From a virus, in the IMG/VR virus record IMGVR_UViG_3300025895_000123: a stretch of 64,000 nt of DNA. One strand, written 5' to 3'. Below, piece by piece: positions 25,999-36,448 of this stretch. The notes beneath the pieces were generated by a model. The model was not told the origin of the DNA. It ran no database searches and saw only the letters and a list, made by a program, of their open reading frames with translations. The position numbers were made by a program, and so were the translations under genes. Position 1 is the stretch's first letter; the number at the start of each line of letters is the position of its first letter.

Positions 25999-26787
25999 TT
26001 AATTTCTCCTTTGATAACAATGATATAATTTTGTATTGCACAATTTATCTACCATTTTCAATTCTTTCGATAGCAATTCGTTTAAAATCTTGTTTTTCTC
26101 AACTCGATTTTCTATCAATGAATACAATTTAAGAAATAAAATTCTATTTTTAGGTTCGATTTTTAACTTATTAATAGATCCTAATTCAGTGAACAAATTG
26201 TTTCTCTTACAATATTTTAGATCTATATAATCTATCTCTAAAAAATTAAATAAATTAACTTTATATTCATTAAAAAACTCAATAGGTAAAATAAATATTT
26301 CATCTTCGTTAAAAACATTACGTACAGATAACATATGATCAGTTAAAGATCGACTTTTAATATGATTATACATTTCATCATTCACTTTAAAATCTAATAA
26401 TTTTTCAACATTTTTTAAATCTATTTCTGTAATATCACAATTTAAAATTATTTTATAATAAATCACACTTATATAAAACTTCTTTAAATCTCTAACTAAA
26501 CAAACATGTTGAAATTTATTAACATAAGGTGAAAGATATTTTTTAAAATGTATAATATTCTCTACCATAGTAAATCGAGAAGAAGCATCTAATAACAAAA
26601 CACGTTGATTTTTATCAATATTACTATAATTCCAGTGCTCTAAATACTTCTCTGTGTCAAATAAATCATACCCATTATGAGAAGGTTCTTGCAATTTTCC
26701 TGTATTAATTTGTGGGTGCTTTTTACACATAGAATAAAAAGATGTTGTTCCACTTCTACCTGGTCCTATATTCAGAAACGAAATCAT
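25999..26787 (-). CDS. Sulfotransferase-family protein
   Basis: IGPGRSGTTS PAPS-binding loop. Confidence 0.7.
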   Translation of the reverse strand: MISFLNIGPGRSGTTSFYSMCKKHPQINTGKLQEPSHNGYDLFDTEKYLEHWNYSNIDKNQRVLLLDASSRFTMVENIIHFKKYLSPYVNKFQHVCLVRDLKKFYISVIYYKIILNCDITEIDLKNVEKLLDFKVNDEMYNHIKSRSLTDHMLSVRNVFNEDEIFILPIEFFNEYKVNLFNFLEIDYIDLKYCKRNNLFTELGSINKLKIEPKNRILFLKLYSLIENRVEKNKILNELLSKELKMVDKLCNTKLYHCYQRRN

Positions 26788-27578
26788 AAAATTTTCCTTA
26801 TTTTCAACCTATCTTTAACTATATGTTTCTCTACTCGATCAACACACAAACGACAACAAGAGTAACAAGAACTTTCTTCTATCTTAGGTAAAACAAATAT
26901 ATCTCTTGGAAATGATTTAAGAAGAAGTCTAAGATTTAATTCACTTAAAGGAATATTAATATTTTTAAAATTTCGAATACATAAACAAATCTTTTCATTT
27001 ACTAAATCTATTGTTATTTCATTATGATATTCTCTACAACGATTTATTATTTCATTTCCAATAATAGATTTAACACCTAAAGGATTCTCAATTTCTGCAT
27101 ATTCAATTACCATATCATTTTGATTATGAAAAATAAAATTGTACAACTTCGTTCTATCTTGATGCACTATTCCTCTAACGATATTGATTTCATCATCTCT
27201 AATTTCCTCAATATCTTTTAATTGACAATCAGAACTTACATGCCAAAATATTTGATCAATATATGGACGAATTTCTGGATCTTTATGATATTCTTTCTTC
27301 ATAAACAATCCATTAGTCGAAATAGTTAATTTTTCATCGAATTTATTTAAAATGTATATAATTAATTCTTTAGGTAATTCACCTACTTCTCCACCTTGAA
27401 GATAAACTTGAACACTAATCTTATTTGTCCTTAATATATCAATAATATCCTTAATATATTTATAATGCTTATCTATAATATCTTTAGTTACTCTTTTAGG
27501 TGAATTAATGTTAGGAAAAACACAATAATTACATTTCCAATCACAAATCTCAGTTGGTACTAAATCTATACAAATCAT
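26784..27578 (-). CDS. Radical SAM enzyme
   Basis: CDWKCNYC, GGE. Confidence 0.85.
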   Translation of the reverse strand: MICIDLVPTEICDWKCNYCVFPNINSPKRVTKDIIDKHYKYIKDIIDILRTNKISVQVYLQGGEVGELPKELIIYILNKFDEKLTISTNGLFMKKEYHKDPEIRPYIDQIFWHVSSDCQLKDIEEIRDDEINIVRGIVHQDRTKLYNFIFHNQNDMVIEYAEIENPLGVKSIIGNEIINRCREYHNEITIDLVNEKICLCIRNFKNINIPLSELNLRLLLKSFPRDIFVLPKIEESSCYSCCRLCVDRVEKHIVKDRLKIRKIL

Positions 27579-28681
27579 TATCTCTCACCCATTTTTATAG
27601 CGGCACAAACTAGGTCTATAGACTTCTCTGATAGATTTAATGTATTAGGTAATAAAACCGTGTTATCTTGAATATATTTAGCATTTGGAGTATCTTCAAA
27701 TGTTTTCATAAAATAATGAGAATGTGCTTCATAATTACGATATAATATTTGTACTCCAAATTTTCGACCAAATTCTACAATACTTATAGCATTAGATGTT
27801 TCGTATTCATAAATAGATGGTGATTGATGGAATCTTTTAAGTTTAATACCTTTTGTCTCATAATAATTACAAACCTTATCTCTCATTTCTAACAATTCAT
27901 CTATATCATCTAGTTGTTTTGATAAAAAATAAGCATTATGAACAGGCATTACAAAATTAGCACCAATACCTAAATTCGAATGAACAGGAGGTTCATACCA
28001 TCCACCTTGATAAGATAATTCTTTGCATTTTCTATAAAGATTTTCATCATCAAAAAGTATTGCACCACCTTCTCCGCATGTAATTAATTTAGGTACTCCA
28101 AAAGATATAAACCCCACCTTTCCTCTTGTTCCTGAATGCACACCATTAAACCATTGTCCTAAAGCATTACAAGAATCTTCCAATAAAGGAATATTATATT
28201 CATGACAAATAGAAACTACTGAATCTAATTGAGATCCCGTATACCCAGCATGATTAATATAAAGAACAGCGTCACATAAATTCGGATTAAAATCTAATCG
28301 CTTAACTAATATTGATTCATCTAGACAAAAATTATCCTTACGAACATCGATAGTATAAGGAATTATATTTAAAAATCTACAGCAATTCGCCCAAGCAATA
28401 TTACCATAATTAGGGCCTATTACTATTGATCCTTCTTTCAATCCCAAAGCTAACATTCCTAATATAATAGCAGATGACCCACTATTAACAGCAATAGCAT
28501 ATCTACAATTACAATATTTAGCTAATTTTTTTTCGAATTCTTCTCTTATACTAAAATCAGATATTGCTCTAGTTTTTAATATTTCAGATAAGTCTTTAAT
28601 CCATTCATCTTTCATGAAAGGATGATATGGTCTTACCTTCCATTCCCCTTTCATTTGCCAAACATCTCTCTGTTCGTACAA
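27578..28681 (-). CDS. DegT/DnrJ/EryC1/StrS-family sugar aminotransferase
   Basis: AVNSGSSAI, EDSCNALG, SFGVPKLITCGEGG (PLP Lys). Confidence 0.9.
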   Translation of the reverse strand: MYEQRDVWQMKGEWKVRPYHPFMKDEWIKDLSEILKTRAISDFSIREEFEKKLAKYCNCRYAIAVNSGSSAIILGMLALGLKEGSIVIGPNYGNIAWANCCRFLNIIPYTIDVRKDNFCLDESILVKRLDFNPNLCDAVLYINHAGYTGSQLDSVVSICHEYNIPLLEDSCNALGQWFNGVHSGTRGKVGFISFGVPKLITCGEGGAILFDDENLYRKCKELSYQGGWYEPPVHSNLGIGANFVMPVHNAYFLSKQLDDIDELLEMRDKVCNYYETKGIKLKRFHQSPSIYEYETSNAISIVEFGRKFGVQILYRNYEAHSHYFMKTFEDTPNAKYIQDNTVLLPNTLNLSEKSIDLVCAAIKMGER

Positions 28682-29584
28682 TTAAACCTCCATATTATAA
28701 TAATTTCCTCTTCGACAACTAACAATAGATCTTATTTGATTTTCCGCATAAATGTAACAAGTATCACAATATTCTCCTGGTTCAAATAATTTACAACACA
28801 AATGGGATTTAAAAAATTCAGGGCAATAACGACGTCTATAACTACGTTCTAAATAAGCTCCACAATGAACTAATTCTTTTGTTTCAAAATCAATAGTAGG
28901 TTGTGGACTATTCCAACCACACATTACTCTTTTTGCGGCAGCTTTTTGATCTAAATATTTTATTACCTTAATCCTGTCCAAAGTAAAATCAGCATCAATG
29001 TGGTCTTCATTTTTTAATTTCTTAAAAAATGATTCAATTAAATAAATAAAAGAATTGATTCCATGAGTTTTAGGATTCATTATTTTATACCAAAACATAT
29101 CTCTAAAGAATCCTAAATTTTTATAAAACTTATAATTACTATCTAAAGACTCTATCGTTTTTTTAGTTGTTACTACAACATATCTCCATCTTGATCTTTC
29201 TAAAAATTCTAAGTCATCATAAAATTTCAATACTTTTTTATCATCAATTTCTTTAATTAAATGTTCACAATAATAAACATTATCTTTTTCGAGAAAATCA
29301 TATCCCTTCAAACGAACTAATCCGTTTGACATTATTTGTAACCTTTTAACCTTAGGATGAGAATATACTACATGAAATGCATCTTCTAAATTAGTTAATA
29401 ATCCAGGTTCGCCTCCGCAAAACTCAATCATAGTATTATCGGGAATATACTTAAGAATATATTTAAGAAAATCTAAATCGATTTCCGAATTAAAACTAGG
29501 ATTAGTCATCGAATGAACATTACAATAATAACATGTCTTATTACATTTCTTTGTTAATATCAATTCTAAAAAATAAAACTTCAT
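28682..29584 (-). CDS. Radical SAM enzyme
   Basis: CNKTCYYC, GGEPG; C-terminal Cys. Confidence 0.85.
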   Translation of the reverse strand: MKFYFLELILTKKCNKTCYYCNVHSMTNPSFNSEIDLDFLKYILKYIPDNTMIEFCGGEPGLLTNLEDAFHVVYSHPKVKRLQIMSNGLVRLKGYDFLEKDNVYYCEHLIKEIDDKKVLKFYDDLEFLERSRWRYVVVTTKKTIESLDSNYKFYKNLGFFRDMFWYKIMNPKTHGINSFIYLIESFFKKLKNEDHIDADFTLDRIKVIKYLDQKAAAKRVMCGWNSPQPTIDFETKELVHCGAYLERSYRRRYCPEFFKSHLCCKLFEPGEYCDTCYIYAENQIRSIVSCRRGNYYNMEV

Positions 29585-30156
29585 AACAGAGTCTCTATAT
29601 CTATTCTTTCTTTACCATATATATATCTTATACCGTTATTTATAAGAATATAATTTTTAGTAAGAATATCATCATAATTAAATGGATAACAATAATAAGT
29701 AGGAGAAAAATTAAGATAAAATTTGAACCACTGAATCATATCTATTATATCTTTTTGAAACTCAATAATTTTACGTGTAGTAGAAAGATGACTTATTCGT
29801 GAGTGAGAATATCCATGACCACCAATTACCAAATCAGATGTTGTTTCTATTAATCTTTTAATTTCAGGCAATGATATATAATTATAAGGTTCTCTAAATC
29901 TTTTATCTAACGCCTCTTCGCATGTAGGAAATTCAACATATTCACCATCAAACTGTTTTCTTTGACATTTATGCAATATTAAGCTACAAGGAACAAATAA
30001 AATTTTAGTTGTCTCTATATCTCTAAAGAACGTCCAATAATAATATTGACTATACAAACAATCATCAAAAGTAAGAATATAATTTTCCCAATTGATGTTA
30101 GCTAATAAATGTTTCTTCTTTATTTCATGTATCATCAATACAGGTTTAGATATCAT
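29581..30156 (-). CDS. Polysaccharide deacetylase (NodB/CE4-like)
   Basis: LTFDD, GGHGYSH, YCYPF. Confidence 0.75.
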   Translation of the reverse strand: MISKPVLMIHEIKKKHLLANINWENYILTFDDCLYSQYYYWTFFRDIETTKILFVPCSLILHKCQRKQFDGEYVEFPTCEEALDKRFREPYNYISLPEIKRLIETTSDLVIGGHGYSHSRISHLSTTRKIIEFQKDIIDMIQWFKFYLNFSPTYYCYPFNYDDILTKNYILINNGIRYIYGKERIDIETLL

Positions 30157-30964
30157 TGATTAACTCCAAAAGCAAATCATTCTTATCCATAAACAATTTT
30201 TCTTTTATATGTTCTTCCGTAATAAGAAGAGGAAAATGATTGATAGAAGGATCTATATCAAATAATCTTAAATAACAACTTAATCCATCAGGCACATATC
30301 CATCAGCAGAATAATTAACTTTTAAACCATAATATAAGCTTTCAAAAATTACTTTACCAATATTTTCATTGAGGGCAGCCCAACTATCTTTATATTTTTC
30401 ATGTCTTAATATTCGATTATATTCATATATATGAACGTTACCAATACTATTTAAAACATTTTTCTTATGAACATTGTCAAGAAGTCGTTTAGAACTAAAT
30501 TTATGATAATATATATAAGTTTCAAGATCACAAAAATCAATATTAGATTGGTTACAAAGAAGAATACATTTATAATCAATGACTTCATTTAATGGTGGTA
30601 TAACACCATATACAGTTTCTACTTTCAATTTACCTAATTGTATATCTAGACTATCTAAAACTAAAATTTGATTTGCATTCAAAGATAATCTTTTTAATGG
30701 ATACCAAAAATTATTATAAAGCAAACAACTAGAACAAATAATTGCATCAGCTTCAAAACTTAATTTTGTTGTTAAACTATTCACTAAATGTTTATCACTA
30801 AAATTATTCATTATATGTCTTAATGAATTACCAAAATTTTCATATGATATAATCTTTAATTCAGCGTCTATACCAAACTTTTGTAAATTATAATAAGTAT
30901 CAATAATCGATGTAAAAGTCCCATCAAAATAACCACAATAATAGTGTACGAGTAAGACTTTCAT
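30146..30964 (-). CDS. Putative divergent GT-B glycosyltransferase
   Basis: ENIGKVIFESLYYGLKV resembles the GT-B C-terminal E-x7-E motif. Confidence 0.45.
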   Translation of the reverse strand: MKVLLVHYYCGYFDGTFTSIIDTYYNLQKFGIDAELKIISYENFGNSLRHIMNNFSDKHLVNSLTTKLSFEADAIICSSCLLYNNFWYPLKRLSLNANQILVLDSLDIQLGKLKVETVYGVIPPLNEVIDYKCILLCNQSNIDFCDLETYIYYHKFSSKRLLDNVHKKNVLNSIGNVHIYEYNRILRHEKYKDSWAALNENIGKVIFESLYYGLKVNYSADGYVPDGLSCYLRLFDIDPSINHFPLLITEEHIKEKLFMDKNDLLLELINDI

Positions 30965-31791
30965 ATAAACAACCTTACAATTTCATCATATTTGTTTAAA
31001 AATCTATTATATAAATCTGTTTTATCTAAATCTTTAAATCTATAATAACTTCCGTCTTTAACGTTATATGGATTAAAGTATTTTACCTGTTTACCGTGAA
31101 AATAACATTCAAGAGGAAGACGCGGATGAGGATCAAAATAAGTATTAGCATGATAATAAATAAATACATCAAAATATTCAAAAAAATTCTTAAAATGATC
31201 ATCTTGTTTAAAATAAATTGGTATACCTATATCTAAATTTAATTCTTTAATAAAATCATAATTATCATTTCTAGGAGAATTGATATAATACCCCTTCTTA
31301 TTACTTCCGATAGGTTTCATTCGATCAAACAATAACTTCATTCTATATTGTTTGTCTTTATAAACAAAAGGCATCTCTCCATAATAAGTAACATCATACA
31401 AATCTTTTCTAAACATATATTCAGGTTTATCAGTGTACAAGTCACTTATAACAGTTATCTCTGTGATAACATCTATATGACTTGCTCTCAAAATACCACG
31501 CAATTTATTAATTGTTGTGTAATCAACAATCAAAACCTTTTCGAATACATATTTAACAATATTAAATCTTCTTATACATTCAATATTGCTTTTCCAATCT
31601 AGATCATCCAAATTATATCTTTCTTCTAAAATATCAAAAAGATAAGTTTGATAACTCAAATCAAAATCAATCAAAATCATTTTCATTTCTGGATTATGTT
31701 CTAATATGGCGAAATAATATTCAAACGCATCTATAATTGCACCATTAATCATTTCATAAGGGTATCCATTATAAAGAAGTACAGCTCTCAT
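30961..31791 (-). CDS. Putative divergent GT-B glycosyltransferase
   Basis: FDPHPRLPLECYFHGKQV. Confidence 0.45.
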   Translation of the reverse strand: MRAVLLYNGYPYEMINGAIIDAFEYYFAILEHNPEMKMILIDFDLSYQTYLFDILEERYNLDDLDWKSNIECIRRFNIVKYVFEKVLIVDYTTINKLRGILRASHIDVITEITVISDLYTDKPEYMFRKDLYDVTYYGEMPFVYKDKQYRMKLLFDRMKPIGSNKKGYYINSPRNDNYDFIKELNLDIGIPIYFKQDDHFKNFFEYFDVFIYYHANTYFDPHPRLPLECYFHGKQVKYFNPYNVKDGSYYRFKDLDKTDLYNRFLNKYDEIVRLFI

Positions 31792-31793
31792 AC

Positions 31794-32612
31794 CTATCCT
31801 TTATCAGGTGTCCAACCAATACTCTGAACATAGTTTTCAATGTCTTGATATATATTTGGTGTAACCATATCACTCAAATGCAAATATTCAGGGTTATTAA
31901 AGAAAGAATTAAATGCCTTACCTGCTTCTGACAAATAATCTAATTCAGAATCCCTAACAATCCTGGTATTATCAGAATACTTACGCATATTTAAAAGATC
32001 TCTAACTGTGAAATAATCATTATATTGTTCTGTTGAATGTCGAAAATCTTTATCCATTGATAACCCAGTTAACTCCATTACATCTCTAAGTGTCTTCTCT
32101 TGATTCGCAATTAAAGTTTCAAATTTTATAACAAGAATATTTTCTCTTTCACTATAAGGTAAAAATTTATTAAAATGAGGAAAATAAGCAGATGCATAAC
32201 TCTTAACTCCTTCCTTATCTCCTCTATGTTGTGTAACTACCCAACATGCTCTAGGATCTCTACCAATAAAAATTCCATAATCACAATATCTTAAAAAATC
32301 TTCTGCTCTAATATACACAAATATATAAGGTTTATCTGTCATTATATTGTAGATCTTAATTAAATTTTCTTTAGTAAGATTTTTTTGAATCTGAGGAAGG
32401 GCAAATGCATCACATCCATAAGTCTCTAGTATATGATACAATCCATTAAAAGAAAAATCAGTTAATTTACCATCTCTCAAATCATCCCCAATATTTATAA
32501 CACTTCTATTAGAATTCATAAAAAATTGATTCTTAAAATTATTATCAAACATATCTAAAAGGAGACTCTTTCCTCCATCAGTCATCATCATTAATCCGAT
32601 TATTTTCTTCAT
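31794..32612 (-). CDS. Sulfotransferase-like protein
   Basis: RDPR and IKFETLIANQEKTLRDVMELTGL pattern; N-terminal P-loop degenerate. Confidence 0.55.
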   Translation of the reverse strand: MKKIIGLMMMTDGGKSLLLDMFDNNFKNQFFMNSNRSVINIGDDLRDGKLTDFSFNGLYHILETYGCDAFALPQIQKNLTKENLIKIYNIMTDKPYIFVYIRAEDFLRYCDYGIFIGRDPRACWVVTQHRGDKEGVKSYASAYFPHFNKFLPYSERENILVIKFETLIANQEKTLRDVMELTGLSMDKDFRHSTEQYNDYFTVRDLLNMRKYSDNTRIVRDSELDYLSEAGKAFNSFFNNPEYLHLSDMVTPNIYQDIENYVQSIGWTPDKG

Positions 32613-33357
32613 TTAACTTCCTTACTCTATCTTCTAAAATTTTAATTTGTTCTGGTGAATCTATCCCAAATCCAATATGCTTTATCTTATACATTAGAAC
32701 TGGAATATTAACATCAATAAACCTGTTTTGTTCTAGACTTTCGACATCTGAATTTCTACTCCACATTGACATTCCTTTTCTCATAAAAAGTTCTTTAGGA
32801 AATATAAAAATGCCTACATGTTTATTATATTGATTCAATTCGAGTCTCTCTCCACTCTTTTGAATTGGTATAACAGCTCTAGAATTGTATATCATTCTAT
32901 TGTTATATATTACTATTTTACAAGAGAGTGGATTACATAAATCATCACTATTATAAAAATTTGAATAAAATGAGGATACTGATTGACTTCTAAAAACTTC
33001 ATTAAATACAACTTTATTAATCTCATCAGGAAAAATGTGTGGTTCATCACTAGGAATAGATAAATAATAATCAAATTTTTGATTTACAAGATAATATTTG
33101 AATGCTCTTTCTGTACCACAAGAGGCTTTACCAGAATCAATAACATCAATATTCACAAAATTTTTAATAACATAATCATGTATTTCACTACTATCTGTTG
33201 ATACAACAATCTTATCTAAAAAGTTAAATTTTAAAGCATTATTAATAACATGATAAATTATTGGTTTACCTAGAAAATCATGCATCAATTTTCGAGGGAA
33301 CCTCTTTGACTCCAGTCTCGCTGGAATTATTCCTACTGCCCGCTTCGGTGATATCAT
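32578..33357 (-). CDS. kdsB: CMP-Kdo synthetase-like cytidylyltransferase
   Basis: IIPARLESKRFPRKL, KHVGIF, LEQNRF, GIDSPE. Confidence 0.85.
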   Translation of the reverse strand: MISPKRAVGIIPARLESKRFPRKLMHDFLGKPIIYHVINNALKFNFLDKIVVSTDSSEIHDYVIKNFVNIDVIDSGKASCGTERAFKYYLVNQKFDYYLSIPSDEPHIFPDEINKVVFNEVFRSQSVSSFYSNFYNSDDLCNPLSCKIVIYNNRMIYNSRAVIPIQKSGERLELNQYNKHVGIFIFPKELFMRKGMSMWSRNSDVESLEQNRFIDVNIPVLMYKIKHIGFGIDSPEQIKILEDRVRKLNEENNRINDDD

Positions 33358-34183
33358 ATTTTTTTCTAACCTCTCCTAATACTGCGGAAAAAATTTTACT
33401 ATGATGACGACTAAACATATGGTTAGAACGATCTTCTAATTTATATTTAAAACAATGTATCCCACACAATTTTATTGATATTTCATGATCAACATAATAA
33501 TAATAATTATCTTTCAATTCACAATCTCTAATAAGACAATTCCATTGAACTCCATCACCTCGATCTTTTTTGAAATCAAATGAATAATTAAGATAAAATT
33601 GTTCCGCTCCCCAATCACCTACAATTACCATATTAGCTAAAGCTTTTCTAAATCCTATTAATTTAGTGATTAAAGGCTTTGTCTTACCTGCTAATAATCC
33701 AGCATTAATAGTTCCACCAAATTTATCAATAAGTCTAATATATTTATCTAATACTTCATCTCGAAAAGTTCCACCTTCAGGTCCTCTATATGTTCTCTCA
33801 TGTAAACTACTAAGTGGAATTTTTTCACAAGACAAAAAACAACCTTCTGTTGATTTTATTATTTCCCAAATTCCTCTAATATCTGACTGAAACCAAATAT
33901 CAACATCAAAAATTGCAATATAGTGATCTGGATAACTAGTTAGAATTGATATTAAATCTATATATCGACTATTCCCTATTATGTTCTCTTTTCTTAATAT
34001 GCATGGTATAAATTTGACTCCTAAAGCCTCACAATACCGTTTTATTACATCTGTGACTCCATAATCTAGAACCATAATAGAGTCCTGATATTTCCCTAAA
34101 CTTCTTAAACTAACTACCCATTCAATTAATTGTCTGCCAACACTTTTGCTTGCGGCTCCAAAAATTATTGTTTTATTTTCCAT
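33278..34183 (-). CDS. GT-A fold glycosyltransferase
   Basis: AIFDVDIWF DxD motif; INAGLLAG; WGAEQFYLN. Confidence 0.65.
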   Translation of the reverse strand: MENKTIIFGAASKSVGRQLIEWVVSLRSLGKYQDSIMVLDYGVTDVIKRYCEALGVKFIPCILRKENIIGNSRYIDLISILTSYPDHYIAIFDVDIWFQSDIRGIWEIIKSTEGCFLSCEKIPLSSLHERTYRGPEGGTFRDEVLDKYIRLIDKFGGTINAGLLAGKTKPLITKLIGFRKALANMVIVGDWGAEQFYLNYSFDFKKDRGDGVQWNCLIRDCELKDNYYYYVDHEISIKLCGIHCFKYKLEDRSNHMFSRHHSKIFSAVLGEVRKKYDITEAGSRNNSSETGVKEVPSKIDA

Positions 34184-34763
34184 TGATATATTCTTTATAA
34201 TCTTTTAATGCATGATCATTAGTAAAACATTTTTCTAAAACAGCAGGAGGCACAGTTGCGTAGCTTACTCCTTCTAACATAGCCCACATAACATCCCCCT
34301 TCTCTCGAAAACTTGCGGCAATAATTTCCGTTTTATAATTATATATGTTTTTAATTCTAATGCAATCATTAAGAAAACTACGATTTTCATTTTTACAAAG
34401 AAGAACAATACAAAAATTACAACCAAGATCACAAGCTTTATGAAATTGTATTAAATCGTAGGTTGTTGTTCCACATACTCTTATACCAGAAGTATCAATC
34501 AATTTACGAATTAACCCAAATTTCTCTTTAATTAAAGGGACTTTATAAATCATTCTACCTTTAACTGAATTCGAATCAATTAAATCTTCTTCTTTGTCAA
34601 TTTGAAGAAATATATTATCGAACATCTCCGACATTCTTACAGCAAAACTTGTGGCATTAGTATTCTCTTTTCTAAGAAGTATTGGATTTGTCGTTACTCC
34701 TTCAACATAATCTTTCCATTCAACAATTTTTGTTATATCAGCAGTATCAATAAAATACTTCAT
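34173..34763 (-). CDS. Transaldolase/fructose-6-phosphate aldolase family protein
   Basis: YFIDTAD, GVTTNP, KVP, IIAASFR. Confidence 0.85.
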   Translation of the reverse strand: MKYFIDTADITKIVEWKDYVEGVTTNPILLRKENTNATSFAVRMSEMFDNIFLQIDKEEDLIDSNSVKGRMIYKVPLIKEKFGLIRKLIDTSGIRVCGTTTYDLIQFHKACDLGCNFCIVLLCKNENRSFLNDCIRIKNIYNYKTEIIAASFREKGDVMWAMLEGVSYATVPPAVLEKCFTNDHALKDYKEYINGK

Positions 34764-34764
34764 C

Positions 34765-35697
34765 TTATACTTTCCTATAGTTCGTTGAAGTTCTATTTAA
34801 TCTATCATCACCAGAGAATTTACTATTATAAATCACAGCATTACGCTGACACTTTCTTTGATCACAATTTTTACATATATATTCTGATTCTGCTAAAGTT
34901 CCGAATAAATGATGTTTTCTTAAATCAATGAAACTTTCAGAACTAAATATTTCCTCTAGAGTTTGAGTTATAAAATCCCCCAATAGTAACACTCCATTAT
35001 AATCAAAACAACACATATTAATTGTTCCATCTACTTGAATTTGTAATGGACTATTTATTGGACGGCCACATGAATCCTTAATAATAGGACCTTCTCTATA
35101 ATTCAACGTATCAACCCAATTATGAGGACGCCAAATTTCAAGAAGATCCACTCTATCAGAATATCTATCTATAATCTCATCCACTTCATATTCGTTAATA
35201 TCAATAACATCTATTGTTATTACTAAACGAGTGTACTCTTTATTTTCGATAATATATTCAATATTATTTAATACTCTTTTATGTTGAGCAGGAGAAGCAC
35301 CAGTTATCCTGCAATAATTTTCTGTGTTGATTGAATGTAAACTAATTCTAATATCTTCAACTTTATGGTGAAATAATATATCAATTTGATCTTTATTCAA
35401 TGTGCTACCATTAGTTAATGTGTGGACACGAAGCCCTCTATCTTTTGAATATTTAATTTTTTCAAAAATAGTGGGGTCTAAAAATGCCTCACCAAAACCA
35501 GAAATAGTAGATTCCGTTATATAAGGAGCTTCTTTTCTTAACTTATCAATAATAAATTGATAAGTCTTTAAAGACATAATCTCTTTTTTCCTATTAAAGT
35601 AAGGTGTGGGATGAGTACAAAACTTGCATTTGTAATTACATTTTGTACAAGTTTCAATTCTCGCTTCATTTGTCTTAAGCATTATTTGCGACTCCAC
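34765..35697 (-). CDS. Radical SAM enzyme with SPASM/twitch domain
   Basis: CNYKCKFC; C..DGTINMCCFD..CKNC. Confidence 0.88.
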   Translation of the reverse strand: MESQIMLKTNEARIETCTKCNYKCKFCTHPTPYFNRKKEIMSLKTYQFIIDKLRKEAPYITESTISGFGEAFLDPTIFEKIKYSKDRGLRVHTLTNGSTLNKDQIDILFHHKVEDIRISLHSINTENYCRITGASPAQHKRVLNNIEYIIENKEYTRLVITIDVIDINEYEVDEIIDRYSDRVDLLEIWRPHNWVDTLNYREGPIIKDSCGRPINSPLQIQVDGTINMCCFDYNGVLLLGDFITQTLEEIFSSESFIDLRKHHLFGTLAESEYICKNCDQRKCQRNAVIYNSKFSGDDRLNRTSTNYRKV

Positions 35698-36448
35698 AAC
35701 TTTTTAATAAACTTTTTAATTCTTTTGCAGGTATTTGACTATCTGCATCACATAATGCGTTCTCAGGATCTATATGACACTCTATAAATAATCCATCCGT
35801 ACCACAAACAACAGAAGACTTCGCTAAATCATATGCATATGTGTAATTCCTCCAATATTTGTTAGGATGAGTTACATCAGTTAAAACTTTAAATTTATAA
35901 ACTGTTGCATTCTGCATTACCCTAATAAATCGAGGATCCATAATTAAATAATCAAATCCAAAACTAGTTCCACGATCAGTTATCATTAATTCGGCATTCT
36001 CATTTAATTCAAAAACTTTATTAACTATATTCCCTATATTAAAAGGACTAAGAGATTGAGGTTTTTTAATATGAAGAGGTACATTTCTTTTAACTGCAGC
36101 ATTAATTATAGAAGTTTGCATTGCTAAAAACGCAGGAATTTGAATTAAATCTACTCTATATCCATAATGATTAATTTGATCTACATCATGAAAATCTGTT
36201 GTGATCTTAACATTAAATGTAGTACTTACTTTCTCTAATAATCTTAATCCTTCCTCAAAACCTGGTCCATAATAATTATCTAATTTTGTTCTATTATCCT
36301 TAATGCACGACGCCTTAAAATAAAAATCTACATTTTTAATTTTTTTAATAACACTATTAATACTTCTAGCTGTATTCATTAATGTTTTTTCATTCTCTAT
36401 TACGCATGGACCACAAATTAAGAGCATAGTACTTCTCCAACAATCCAA
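35675..36448 (-). CDS. kdsA: KDO8P synthase-like protein
   Basis: GPCVIE, KAS..K.NRT, QIPAFL, KKPQ, RGTSFG, DVTH, GLFIECH.DPENALCD. Confidence 0.85.
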   Translation of the reverse strand: MDCWRSTMLLICGPCVIENEKTLMNTARSINSVIKKIKNVDFYFKASCIKDNRTKLDNYYGPGFEEGLRLLEKVSTTFNVKITTDFHDVDQINHYGYRVDLIQIPAFLAMQTSIINAAVKRNVPLHIKKPQSLSPFNIGNIVNKVFELNENAELMITDRGTSFGFDYLIMDPRFIRVMQNATVYKFKVLTDVTHPNKYWRNYTYAYDLAKSSVVCGTDGLFIECHIDPENALCDADSQIPAKELKSLLKSCGVANNA

